Positions 26,345-34,748 of a DNA stretch of 64,000 nucleotides are shown here, piece by piece. Each line of letters starts with the position of its first letter. The stretch's first letter is position 1. The translations under genes were made by a program, and so were the position numbers. The notes under the pieces were generated by a model, which ran no database searches, was not told where the DNA came from, and saw nothing but the letters and a program-made list of their open reading frames with translations. The DNA is taken from NCBI GenBank assembly GCA_016783745.1, contig JADHVZ010000004.1, positions 3,544-67,543 of the forward strand, in the 5' to 3' direction. Origin of the DNA: Candidatus Omnitrophota bacterium. Lineage in GTDB: Bacteria > Omnitrophota > Gorgyraeia > JAHIPI01.

Positions 26345-27214
26345 ATGAAGAGGGAAGTGAAGCTCGGCGATACATGGGTGGGGAGCGGACATCCATGTTT
26401 CTTTACCGCAGAGATAGGGATCAATCACAACGGCGATATAGCGATAGCAAAGAAACTTATTGATGTGGCAATACTTACGGGATGCAATGCCGTAAAGTTT
26501 CAGAAAAGGACGATCGAGGTCGTGTATTCGCCGGAAGATCTTGACCGTCCGAGGGAAAATCCGTTCGGGCCGACCAACAGGGATTTAAAGAGAAACCTCG
26601 AATTCGGAAAGAAAGAATATGAACAGATCGATAGGTATTGCAAAGAAAAAGGTATTATGTGGTATGCCTCCTGCTGGGATGAGCAATCGATCGACTTCAT
26701 GGAGGAGTTTGATCCGCCTTGTTATAAAATAGCTTCAGCTTCGCTTACCGATGATGACCTTCTTCGTCATACCCGCAAAACCGGCAAGCCGATAATACTA
26801 TCTACGGGCATGTCGTCTATGGGTCAGATCTACCACGCCGTAGAAGTGCTTGGAGAAGAAGGCCTAGTCATCATGCATTGCACTAGCACGTATCCGTCAA
26901 AACCCGATGAGTTAAACCTGAGGATGATAGAGACGCTTCATAGAGAGTTTAAGTGTCCTATCGGTTACTCCGGACACGAAGTCGGCCTGATGACTACTTT
27001 GGCCGCAAAGGTATTAGGGGCATCTATGCTTGAGCGCCATATAACGTTGGACCGCGCGATGTGGGGAAGCGACCAGGCGGCCTCGGTAGAATCTCACGGA
27101 ATGATGAGGTTGATCAAAGACATCCGTTCCGTGGAATCGGCGCACGGTGACGGCGAGAAGATCATTTATGAGAGCGAGATGCCTATTATGAAGAAGCTGC
27201 GAAGAAAAGGATGA
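26345..27214 (+). CDS. NeuB-family synthase paralog 4, short form lacking the C-terminal SAF domain
   Basis: 'CFFTAEIGINHNGDIAIAKKLIDVAILTGCNAVKFQKRT...ILSTGMSSMGQIYHAV...CTSTYPSKPDELNL...SGHEVG'. Only 289 aa, ending about 50 aa before where the SAF domain would start. RBS AAAAGGAGG precedes it. Confidence 0.75.
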   Translation: MKREVKLGDTWVGSGHPCFFTAEIGINHNGDIAIAKKLIDVAILTGCNAVKFQKRTIEVVYSPEDLDRPRENPFGPTNRDLKRNLEFGKKEYEQIDRYCKEKGIMWYASCWDEQSIDFMEEFDPPCYKIASASLTDDDLLRHTRKTGKPIILSTGMSSMGQIYHAVEVLGEEGLVIMHCTSTYPSKPDELNLRMIETLHREFKCPIGYSGHEVGLMTTLAAKVLGASMLERHITLDRAMWGSDQAASVESHGMMRLIKDIRSVESAHGDGEKIIYESEMPIMKKLRRKG

Positions 27215-28764
27215 GTTTTGTGAAAGATAAGACGATTTTAATCGCGCTGAATCACGGCATATCGGTCAGGAACATCCTGCAGACGGATATATTCCGCATT
27301 TTACAGAAAAGCGGCATAAAGATCGTCATCCTGACGCCGAATGCTGAAAATGAATCCTTCCGGCGGATGTATAAATCGGATAACGTCTATTTTGAAAAAT
27401 TGAACTGGGATAAGTATGATGCCTATTTTCGGCGTTCTAGATTGCAGCCGAGGCTGAAGTGTGTCCGGTGGTTTACCCTAAACGGGCGCTACGATCTTAC
27501 AACCATTTCCGACTGGTATGAAAAGGTGCATAAAAAACAAAGGAACTCCTCGACGGCTCGCCATAAAATCGTGAATTTAGTTGAGGATAGTTTGATCCGT
27601 TTGCTTAGATCAAGCAGTATCTTAAGAAAGATATTTATTCGCCTCGAATCATTATTTTTCTCACCCCCATACCATAGAGATATTTTTTTAAGGCATAAAC
27701 CAGATTGGGTCCTTGTAACGAGCTTAGGCTTCTTTGACTATGATCAGTATATTATGAGGGAAGCTAAAAAGCACGGAGCCAAGCTTATATCTTATATTTT
27801 AAGCTGGGACAATACGTCAACACGCGGCATCGGCGCAGAATTTCCGGACGAGGTAATCGCCTGGACGGACATTATGAAGAAAGAGCTTATACAACTTCAC
27901 GATATTAAACCGGAAAAGATTTTTGTGGGAGGGGTAGCCCATTACGACCATTATTACCACAGGGAATCGATTTATGAGCGAAGGGATTTTTTGTCGAGAT
28001 TCAATCTATCCGAAGGGAGAAAACTCATATTTTTCGCCACAAAATCTCCGACAGGCTTTCCCTGGAACCCGGACATCGTAGAGATAATCGCCGAAGCTAT
28101 ACAAAACGATGTATTTGCATATCCCTGCCAATTACTGATCCGGCTCCACCCTATTCATTTTCGCCGCGCCGGAGGGGAACTGAGATTTAAAGATTTTTTC
28201 GACCGCTATGATAAGATCTCGCGTAGATATAAGCATGTGTCCTTCAATATACCGCATATAAGATCAAAGGAAATAGCCTTTGATCTGCCGAAGAGCGAAT
28301 TATATGATGTGGCGTCGCTGCTTCATTACTCTGATGTGATGCTGAACGTATTTTCTACGATGAATCTTGAAGCGAGCATATTCGATACGCCTATTATCAA
28401 TGTGTGCTTTGAAGGTGAAAGGGCCGGGCAATATGGCAATACACCCAGGGTCAATATCAACATCGACGAAATGCAGACTCATAACCAGCGGATTGTGAAG
28501 ACCGGCGGCATAAGGCTTGCGCGCAGTAAAAGAGAATTAGTAGATCTGATCAATATGTATCTTAAGAATCCTGAAATGGACATGGAGGGCAGGGCGAAAA
28601 TCGTCAGGGATGAATGCGGTCCTAATCAGGGCCGCGCAGGATTTATCATAGGAAAGCATATATCAAAACTGCTGGGCAGCGAAACAGGAGTGGGCGAAAT
28701 AAATGCAGACGGATTACCCGTAAGGAAAGAAGAGAGATGTGCCGATGCTTTTAACAAAAGATAA
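27211..28764 (+). CDS. GT-B-like protein with HP motif (KpsC/KpsS/TagF-like), paralog 3 of candidate ulosonic-acid transferases
   Basis: 517 aa. 'LLIRLHPIHFR' is an HP motif, and 'HYSDVMLNVFSTMNLEASIFDTPIINV' is a GT-B C-terminal loop, as in 10162-11733. Confidence 0.35.
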   Translation: MSFVKDKTILIALNHGISVRNILQTDIFRILQKSGIKIVILTPNAENESFRRMYKSDNVYFEKLNWDKYDAYFRRSRLQPRLKCVRWFTLNGRYDLTTISDWYEKVHKKQRNSSTARHKIVNLVEDSLIRLLRSSSILRKIFIRLESLFFSPPYHRDIFLRHKPDWVLVTSLGFFDYDQYIMREAKKHGAKLISYILSWDNTSTRGIGAEFPDEVIAWTDIMKKELIQLHDIKPEKIFVGGVAHYDHYYHRESIYERRDFLSRFNLSEGRKLIFFATKSPTGFPWNPDIVEIIAEAIQNDVFAYPCQLLIRLHPIHFRRAGGELRFKDFFDRYDKISRRYKHVSFNIPHIRSKEIAFDLPKSELYDVASLLHYSDVMLNVFSTMNLEASIFDTPIINVCFEGERAGQYGNTPRVNINIDEMQTHNQRIVKTGGIRLARSKRELVDLINMYLKNPEMDMEGRAKIVRDECGPNQGRAGFIIGKHISKLLGSETGVGEINADGLPVRKEERCADAFNKR

Positions 28765-29827
28765 CGCGGTCAACTTGGTTTGCCCCCGCTGCAAAAACCC
28801 GCTTGCGGAAACAGGCGATGTATTACAGTGCGGGTCGTGCGGAGTTGATTGGAAAGTCGAAAACGGTGTACCCATCCTGACGGAATCGTCAAAATGGTAT
28901 CCCAAGGAACATATGACAAAAGAGCAATTTGAGGAATTGCTTGGGGATATAGATTCGAAAGGATGGGAAGAGGCTATCAAGGTTGCAACGGGCTCTATGC
29001 GAGACTCGAAGGGTTTTAATATCCTGGCTTTTAACGAATCAAGGAGAGACCTTTCGTCTATACTCCCGCTTAATAAAGAATCCGTCGTGCTTGATTACGG
29101 ATGCGGGATGGGGGGTATTAGCTTCAATCTCGCCAAGTCGTGCGGTCATATCATCGCCGCCGACCAAAGCGCGTTTCGGGCACAATTCATACGTGCCCGC
29201 TGTAAAAATTCAGGGGTGCCCAACGTTACGCCGGTGTGCGCCGGAAATTCACGCTATCTGCCTTTTTCCGATAATAGTTTTGACGCGGTAATCATGAACG
29301 GTGTTTTGGAATGGATGCCGCTTTCCATGGAGGGAGACCCCCGCGACATTCAAATGTCGGCTCTTAAAGAGGCCGGCAGGGTCCTTAAAAAAGGGGGCAT
29401 CATCTACCTGGCGATAGAAAACAGGTTCGGCTACAGATATCTGTTTTTCGGAAAGGGCGATAGCCATAATCAAAAAAAGAAAAAGATACGCTATATTACA
29501 CTTTTACCGCGGGTTATCGCGAATCTTTATTCGAAGTTAAGGATCAAGGCGCCTTACAGATGCTATCTCTATTCGTACGGAGGCTACAGAAAAATGCTAA
29601 TAGATTCGGGTTTTAGAAAATGCGTTTTCTATTTCCCGTATCCGGACCATAATCATCTTAAGTATATCATTCCGGTCGATAACCGGAAGGCAAGTTCTTC
29701 TTTCCTGAATTATATTTTAAATGGGGCGTCTTTATCCGCAAAGGAAAGATCCGCTATTTCATTTTTGAGTTTTACGGGGCTCCTGAAGCATTTCGCGCAG
29801 GACTATTTAATTATCGCCACGAGGTGA
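28739..29827 (+). CDS. class I SAM methyltransferase with N-terminal Trm112-like CxxC...CxxC zinc ribbon
   Basis: 'CPRCKNPL...CGSCG'; 'VLDYGCGMGGISFNLAKSCGHIIAADQS' is motif I; 'FDAVIMNGVLEWMP'. Confidence 0.75.
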   Translation: MPMLLTKDNAVNLVCPRCKNPLAETGDVLQCGSCGVDWKVENGVPILTESSKWYPKEHMTKEQFEELLGDIDSKGWEEAIKVATGSMRDSKGFNILAFNESRRDLSSILPLNKESVVLDYGCGMGGISFNLAKSCGHIIAADQSAFRAQFIRARCKNSGVPNVTPVCAGNSRYLPFSDNSFDAVIMNGVLEWMPLSMEGDPRDIQMSALKEAGRVLKKGGIIYLAIENRFGYRYLFFGKGDSHNQKKKKIRYITLLPRVIANLYSKLRIKAPYRCYLYSYGGYRKMLIDSGFRKCVFYFPYPDHNHLKYIIPVDNRKASSSFLNYILNGASLSAKERSAISFLSFTGLLKHFAQDYLIIATR

Positions 29828-30804
29828 TCATGCTCGAAACAGTGAAAGTTGATAATAGCCCGGTTGCGCCGTTATTGCGGAAATGCGGCATCGGCAGCGA
29901 GGATGGTTCGCCCTTTATGATCAATAACAGGGATAAGATAACCCTGTATTTTGTTATGGAGAGGGGCTTATCCCGTTACTGCGTAAAATTGGCGAGGTAT
30001 CCGAAACATAACCGTTTTATTGAGCATGAGTATGATAACCTGTCAAAACTTCATACATTAATAAGCGGGAACAGAATTCTTGAAAATAGTATTCCTAAGC
30101 CCATATCTCTGGGGTATGACAACGACAGGGCTTATGCAGTCACCGATTTTTTCAACGGCCGCAAATTGTTTTCGGCCGCGTTTAGGCCGAAACAGTACGA
30201 ACAGATAGTTTCATGGTTGATCGAGCTGCACTGGCTGACCAGGAAAGAGGCAGGATTCGATAGGGATATCTTGATGCGGTATATAAATCATCGCCTTGAG
30301 CCGGTAGCGACACTTGATGATATGCCCGAAGATTTACGCCTTTTGTTTGATAATATCATGGACGGCTGGAACCGGATGGGCAGGAAGTCGATTCCGGCGG
30401 TTTTCACCCATAATGATTTTACAATCGCAAATATTTTATTCAATAACGACGATCTTTATGTAGTCGACTGGAGCTGGGCTACTGAGGCCGGATTTCTTTT
30501 TGTAGACCTATTGGATGCTCTTCTATACTCAGTATACAAAGGGAACGATGATTATATTTCCGCTTTAAAAATACTTTTTTCAGGAAGCACCGTAAAACGC
30601 GGGAAGATGATCGCCGGATCGATCAAAAGATACAAAGATAGATTTGACCTGTCCGATGAGCTGGCCCGCTGGTTGACGGAAGTATTCCTTTTCGGCAAGG
30701 CGGCTCAATTTCACCAAGCGGGGCGCATGGATAGATTTAATCCGCTGGCTGATTGCTGTAGTTATGTTCATGGACTGAGGGCATCGGAGTTATTTTCTCA
30801 ATAG
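29824..30804 (+). CDS. protein-kinase-like fold small-molecule kinase (APH/choline kinase/Kdo-kinase superfamily)
   Basis: 'FTHNDFTIANILFNNDDLYVVDWSWA' carries the HxDxxxxN catalytic loop and a DW(E) metal-binding motif. Confidence 0.55.
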   Translation: MIMLETVKVDNSPVAPLLRKCGIGSEDGSPFMINNRDKITLYFVMERGLSRYCVKLARYPKHNRFIEHEYDNLSKLHTLISGNRILENSIPKPISLGYDNDRAYAVTDFFNGRKLFSAAFRPKQYEQIVSWLIELHWLTRKEAGFDRDILMRYINHRLEPVATLDDMPEDLRLLFDNIMDGWNRMGRKSIPAVFTHNDFTIANILFNNDDLYVVDWSWATEAGFLFVDLLDALLYSVYKGNDDYISALKILFSGSTVKRGKMIAGSIKRYKDRFDLSDELARWLTEVFLFGKAAQFHQAGRMDRFNPLADCCSYVHGLRASELFSQ

Positions 30805-30813
30805 GAAGAGGCA

Positions 30814-31845
30814 ATGATGGCATATTTCAAAGGGCAAAAGCGCAGGTTATCGTTTATGGAAAAGTATATGACAGGCTTGAGGCCTGTCGATTGCCCCGTA
30901 TGCGGGAGCGGTAAGTCTACGGTGCTGGGGGCCAGAAGCAGGGGCGGGCTCAGTATAAATTCGGTGCTATGCGCCAACTGTTCGCTGGTGTACCTTAATC
31001 CCAAGCCCTTGCCGGAAAAATACCACGAGTTTTACGCCTCCGGAGACTACAGGCGTTTTTTGAATATTGTCAAGGGAGCAAAAACCGGCGATGATATCAA
31101 CAATTTCTTTACCGAAAAAAAGTTTATTGATAGAAAAGAATATGGCGCGCAAATAGCCAGAAAGTATTTCAGCAATATTTTGGTAAAGGACGACTTATAT
31201 TTCGATTTCGGATGCGATTCCGGCGGCATTATGGCGGGCGTGCGCGATGAAACAGGCTGCAGGATCATGGGTAATGAGCCCTCCAGGCTATGCGCGGATT
31301 TTATCCGCGAAAGACTTGGGGTCCGGATACTTTGCTGTGGCATGGAAGGCATGTGTGATTCCGATAAGGAAATATATAAAGGCAAGGCGAAAGCCGCATC
31401 ACTCATCGGCGTACTGGAACATGTCAATGACCCGATCGCATGTTTGAATATCGCCTATGGGGTACTCTCGGACGGGGGATTCCTCTACGTTGAGAGCCTC
31501 GATATCCTTAAACGCATGGAAAGGAATAAGGAGTCGGTTGAAGATGCGGCAACAATAGATCACCAATATTATTTCCATGAAGACGTGTATAAATATATGC
31601 TGCGATCCTGCAATTTTGAAGTTAAGAGATTCGATTATGACGAAAAAGGCAAGATCATGAGGGTGTTGGCTCAAAAGGTCGGGCCTGAATCGCCTAAAAA
31701 TAGATTTGAAGCAGCAGAAATAGTAGATAGGATCTCGCGGCTGAATAGCGAGGCAGCGCGCTATCAAGCGGGTATTTTCAGAAGGGCCGGAAAGAAGGCG
31801 GCACAAGCGGCAAGAAAGGTGCTAAAGTGGAAGTCACCCTCATAA
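30814..31845 (+). CDS. class I SAM methyltransferase with N-terminal zinc ribbon
   Basis: 'CPVCGSG...CANCS'; 'YFDFGCDSGGIMAGV' is motif I; 'ASLIGVLEHVNDP'. Confidence 0.7.
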   Translation: MMAYFKGQKRRLSFMEKYMTGLRPVDCPVCGSGKSTVLGARSRGGLSINSVLCANCSLVYLNPKPLPEKYHEFYASGDYRRFLNIVKGAKTGDDINNFFTEKKFIDRKEYGAQIARKYFSNILVKDDLYFDFGCDSGGIMAGVRDETGCRIMGNEPSRLCADFIRERLGVRILCCGMEGMCDSDKEIYKGKAKAASLIGVLEHVNDPIACLNIAYGVLSDGGFLYVESLDILKRMERNKESVEDAATIDHQYYFHEDVYKYMLRSCNFEVKRFDYDEKGKIMRVLAQKVGPESPKNRFEAAEIVDRISRLNSEAARYQAGIFRRAGKKAAQAARKVLKWKSPS

Positions 31846-33296
31846 ACGTAGGGGACATTATCGCGTACGGGCTCAGGTGCGTCTCCTCAAACCTGAAAAA
31901 GCACGGAATCGGTACGAGGATGATATTTATTCCCCCAAGATTTGCCGATATTTCGCACAAGAATCTCTTTGCCGGTATTGCGGAAGTAGCCGGAGATTCC
32001 GCCTTTATAGGCATATCGCTTATGGCGGGACAGTATAAGAGCGCCGTTTATTTGACCGAAAATTTAAAAAAAATAACGGATGCCCCGGTTTACTGGGGAG
32101 GGATACATCCGACCGTTTGCCCGGATGAAAGCATAAAGCACGCTGACGCTATCTGCATAGGGGAAGGCGAGGAAACCGCGGTTGCCCTGGCAAAGAGAAT
32201 GGGATCCGGAGGGGGTTTGGAAGGTCTGGACGGCATATGGTTCAAAAAGGACGGAGGGGTCGTAAAGAACCGCCAGAGACGCATCCCGGAGGATCTTGAT
32301 TCATTACCGCCTCCGGACTATAGTTTCGATACTCACTATGTGTTCGATTTTGATAAGGGGATCATGGCGCGTATGGACGATCATTATTTCTTTAAACACA
32401 GAGGGGACAGGTACACCACCCTTCCTACGCGCGGGTGCGCGATGAATTGCTCCTATTGCGTCAATGCGTATTTGCATGATATGTATCCGGGATCGAATAG
32501 ATTGAGAAGCAAAAGCGTCGATACGCTTATCTTGGAGTTAAAATGGGTAAAGGACAATCTGAAATTTATCCGGCAAATAAACTTCTATGACGATGATTTT
32601 CTTCGGTTACCTGTGGAATATATCCGTGATTTTGTCGATCGTTACAAGCGGGAGATCGATATGCCTCTGGTCTTGACGGGTATAAGCCCCGCCAATTTCA
32701 ACATGGAAAAACTGGAATTGATCAGCCGGAAGATCAGATTGGATAAATTACGGATGGGGGTTCAATCCGGCTCAGAGAGGACCAGGAAGGAAATATTCAA
32801 TCGGCCGCATTCCGATAAACAATTGCTTAGTGTGATCCAACAGTTATCCCGGGTAAGAAGAAAGGGCCGTATTCTCTACGACGTCATTTTAGATGTTCCT
32901 TGGGAGAATGAAAAAGATAAAATCGATACCTTCCGCTTTTTGATGAAGATCCCGAGGCCCTTTTGGCTCATTGTCTATTACCTGACATTCTATCCCGGTA
33001 CAGCGCTTTATGAAAGGGCACAGAAGGAAGGCGTATTGAATGATATCAATAACGGTTATTCCCAAAGGTATCAACGCCCGCGCACAAAGGACAAGTTAAA
33101 TAAGATCATTACCTTGACAGATAAGATGCCGCGGTGGTTTCTATGGCTTTTATTCTATACGAGAAAGGCCGCTTTAATTTCAGATGTTTTGATTTTTTCC
33201 GGGGATATGGTCATCGTTATCCATAATGCTTTACGGCGGATACTTACGGGAATAGCCCTAACCAAGAGAAGATTGAGTTTTAGACGGGCACAATGA
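31827..33296 (+). CDS. B12-binding (class B) radical SAM enzyme, paralog 1
   Basis: N-terminal cobalamin-binding-like Rossmann region 'VTLINVGDIIAYGLRCVSSNLKKHG', then 'TRGCAMNCSYCVNA' CxxxCxxC. Confidence 0.8.
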   Translation: MEVTLINVGDIIAYGLRCVSSNLKKHGIGTRMIFIPPRFADISHKNLFAGIAEVAGDSAFIGISLMAGQYKSAVYLTENLKKITDAPVYWGGIHPTVCPDESIKHADAICIGEGEETAVALAKRMGSGGGLEGLDGIWFKKDGGVVKNRQRRIPEDLDSLPPPDYSFDTHYVFDFDKGIMARMDDHYFFKHRGDRYTTLPTRGCAMNCSYCVNAYLHDMYPGSNRLRSKSVDTLILELKWVKDNLKFIRQINFYDDDFLRLPVEYIRDFVDRYKREIDMPLVLTGISPANFNMEKLELISRKIRLDKLRMGVQSGSERTRKEIFNRPHSDKQLLSVIQQLSRVRRKGRILYDVILDVPWENEKDKIDTFRFLMKIPRPFWLIVYYLTFYPGTALYERAQKEGVLNDINNGYSQRYQRPRTKDKLNKIITLTDKMPRWFLWLLFYTRKAALISDVLIFSGDMVIVIHNALRRILTGIALTKRRLSFRRAQ

Positions 33297-34744
33297 AGAA
33301 GGTAGTATTGACCAATATAGGCTGTTCTTCTGCCGGCGCAAAGCCGATCGCGACATCAATACTATCGGCCGTGCTGAAAAAAAGAGGCCATAGCGTCTCT
33401 CTATTTGATACCACATTTATGGATTTGGGGTTTATGCTCGACGGCGAGATATCCGACAGGCTGAAGATGTTTAAGCCCGTTGACTGGAAGGGGCGCGGTC
33501 TGGTAAGAGACAAAAATGTCGATGCCAAAGAGGAATTTATAAGATTCCTGGATAGGGAAAAGCCGGATGTCATCGCTGCAAGCGCTTTTAGCGATATGTA
33601 CAGGCATACAATGGAATTTTTGAGGATTGCCAAGGAAAGATACGGTATCCCCGTTATTATCGGTGGCATTCATGCCACACTGCTGCCCGATGAAGTCATA
33701 GCTGAAGATTGCGTAGACGCCCTTTGTGTCGGAGAGGGAGAAGATGCCCTGGTCGAGTATGTAGACTCACTTGACGGTAAAAAAGCGACAAGGACCGATA
33801 TAAAAAATCTATGGATCAAGCGCGATGGGTCCGTATATAAAAATTCCCTCCGCGAGCTTAAAGAACTTGATTCCCTCCCATTTATGGATTACTCCATTTA
33901 CGACGAAAGACAATTCCTGCGCCCGTTCGAAGGAAGGATATTACGAAGCGGCGACTACCAGGATAAACGCGGCTGCCCGCGCAGGTGCACCTATTGCGCA
34001 TATGCGGTGATAAATAAGGATATATACCCCGGGGGGAGGATCAAGTTTTATTCAGCGGAGAGATTTGCGGAAGAGGCAAAATACCTGAAGCAGGCTTTTG
34101 ACCTGGAATTCTTCAAAATATTCTCGGAGGATATATTCTTGAGGCCGGAGGATGATCTGGCGAGAATGTCGGAATTGTATTCAAAAAAAGTGGGGCTGCC
34201 TTTTACGACCAGCGCGCACCCGCTTTCCGTTACGGAAAAGAAGGCAGGGTTGTTAAAAAAGATGAATTGTGTCAGCGTTTCCGTGGCGCTGGAATGCGGC
34301 AACGCCCAATACCGCGAAAACATGCTGGGGCGTAAATATACAAACGGGCAGTTTGCCAGGAGCATTAAAATTTTACAGGAAGCCGGCATACGGGCGGTCT
34401 CTTTAAATATGATAGGCCTGCCGGGAGAGACGAGAAAGATGATATTCGAGACCATCGAGGTCAATAGAAAGGTAAAGCCGGATTTCGCGGACTTCGGATG
34501 TTTTTTTCCGTTTCGGGGAACGCCCCTGGGGGACACAGCGGTCAGGGACGGGTTAGCGTATCCCGGCGAAATAAAAAGATCCAGGAGCGACCACGGAAAA
34601 TCAATACTCCACATGCCTCACCTAGGGGCAGAGGAGATCAACGGCATAATGAAGATGCATCATTTTTATCTGCGTTATCCTAAGGCCCTGTGGCCGTTTT
34701 TCAGATTGCGCGAAAGGGATAATTTTTTTAAGGTAAAGGCGTAA
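33293..34744 (+). CDS. B12-binding (class B) radical SAM enzyme, paralog 2
   Basis: 'VVLTNIGCSSAGAKPIATSILSAVLKKRGH...IIGGIHATL', then 'RGCPRRCTYCAYA'. Confidence 0.8.
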   Translation: MKKVVLTNIGCSSAGAKPIATSILSAVLKKRGHSVSLFDTTFMDLGFMLDGEISDRLKMFKPVDWKGRGLVRDKNVDAKEEFIRFLDREKPDVIAASAFSDMYRHTMEFLRIAKERYGIPVIIGGIHATLLPDEVIAEDCVDALCVGEGEDALVEYVDSLDGKKATRTDIKNLWIKRDGSVYKNSLRELKELDSLPFMDYSIYDERQFLRPFEGRILRSGDYQDKRGCPRRCTYCAYAVINKDIYPGGRIKFYSAERFAEEAKYLKQAFDLEFFKIFSEDIFLRPEDDLARMSELYSKKVGLPFTTSAHPLSVTEKKAGLLKKMNCVSVSVALECGNAQYRENMLGRKYTNGQFARSIKILQEAGIRAVSLNMIGLPGETRKMIFETIEVNRKVKPDFADFGCFFPFRGTPLGDTAVRDGLAYPGEIKRSRSDHGKSILHMPHLGAEEINGIMKMHHFYLRYPKALWPFFRLRERDNFFKVKA

Positions 34745-34748
34745 ATAA

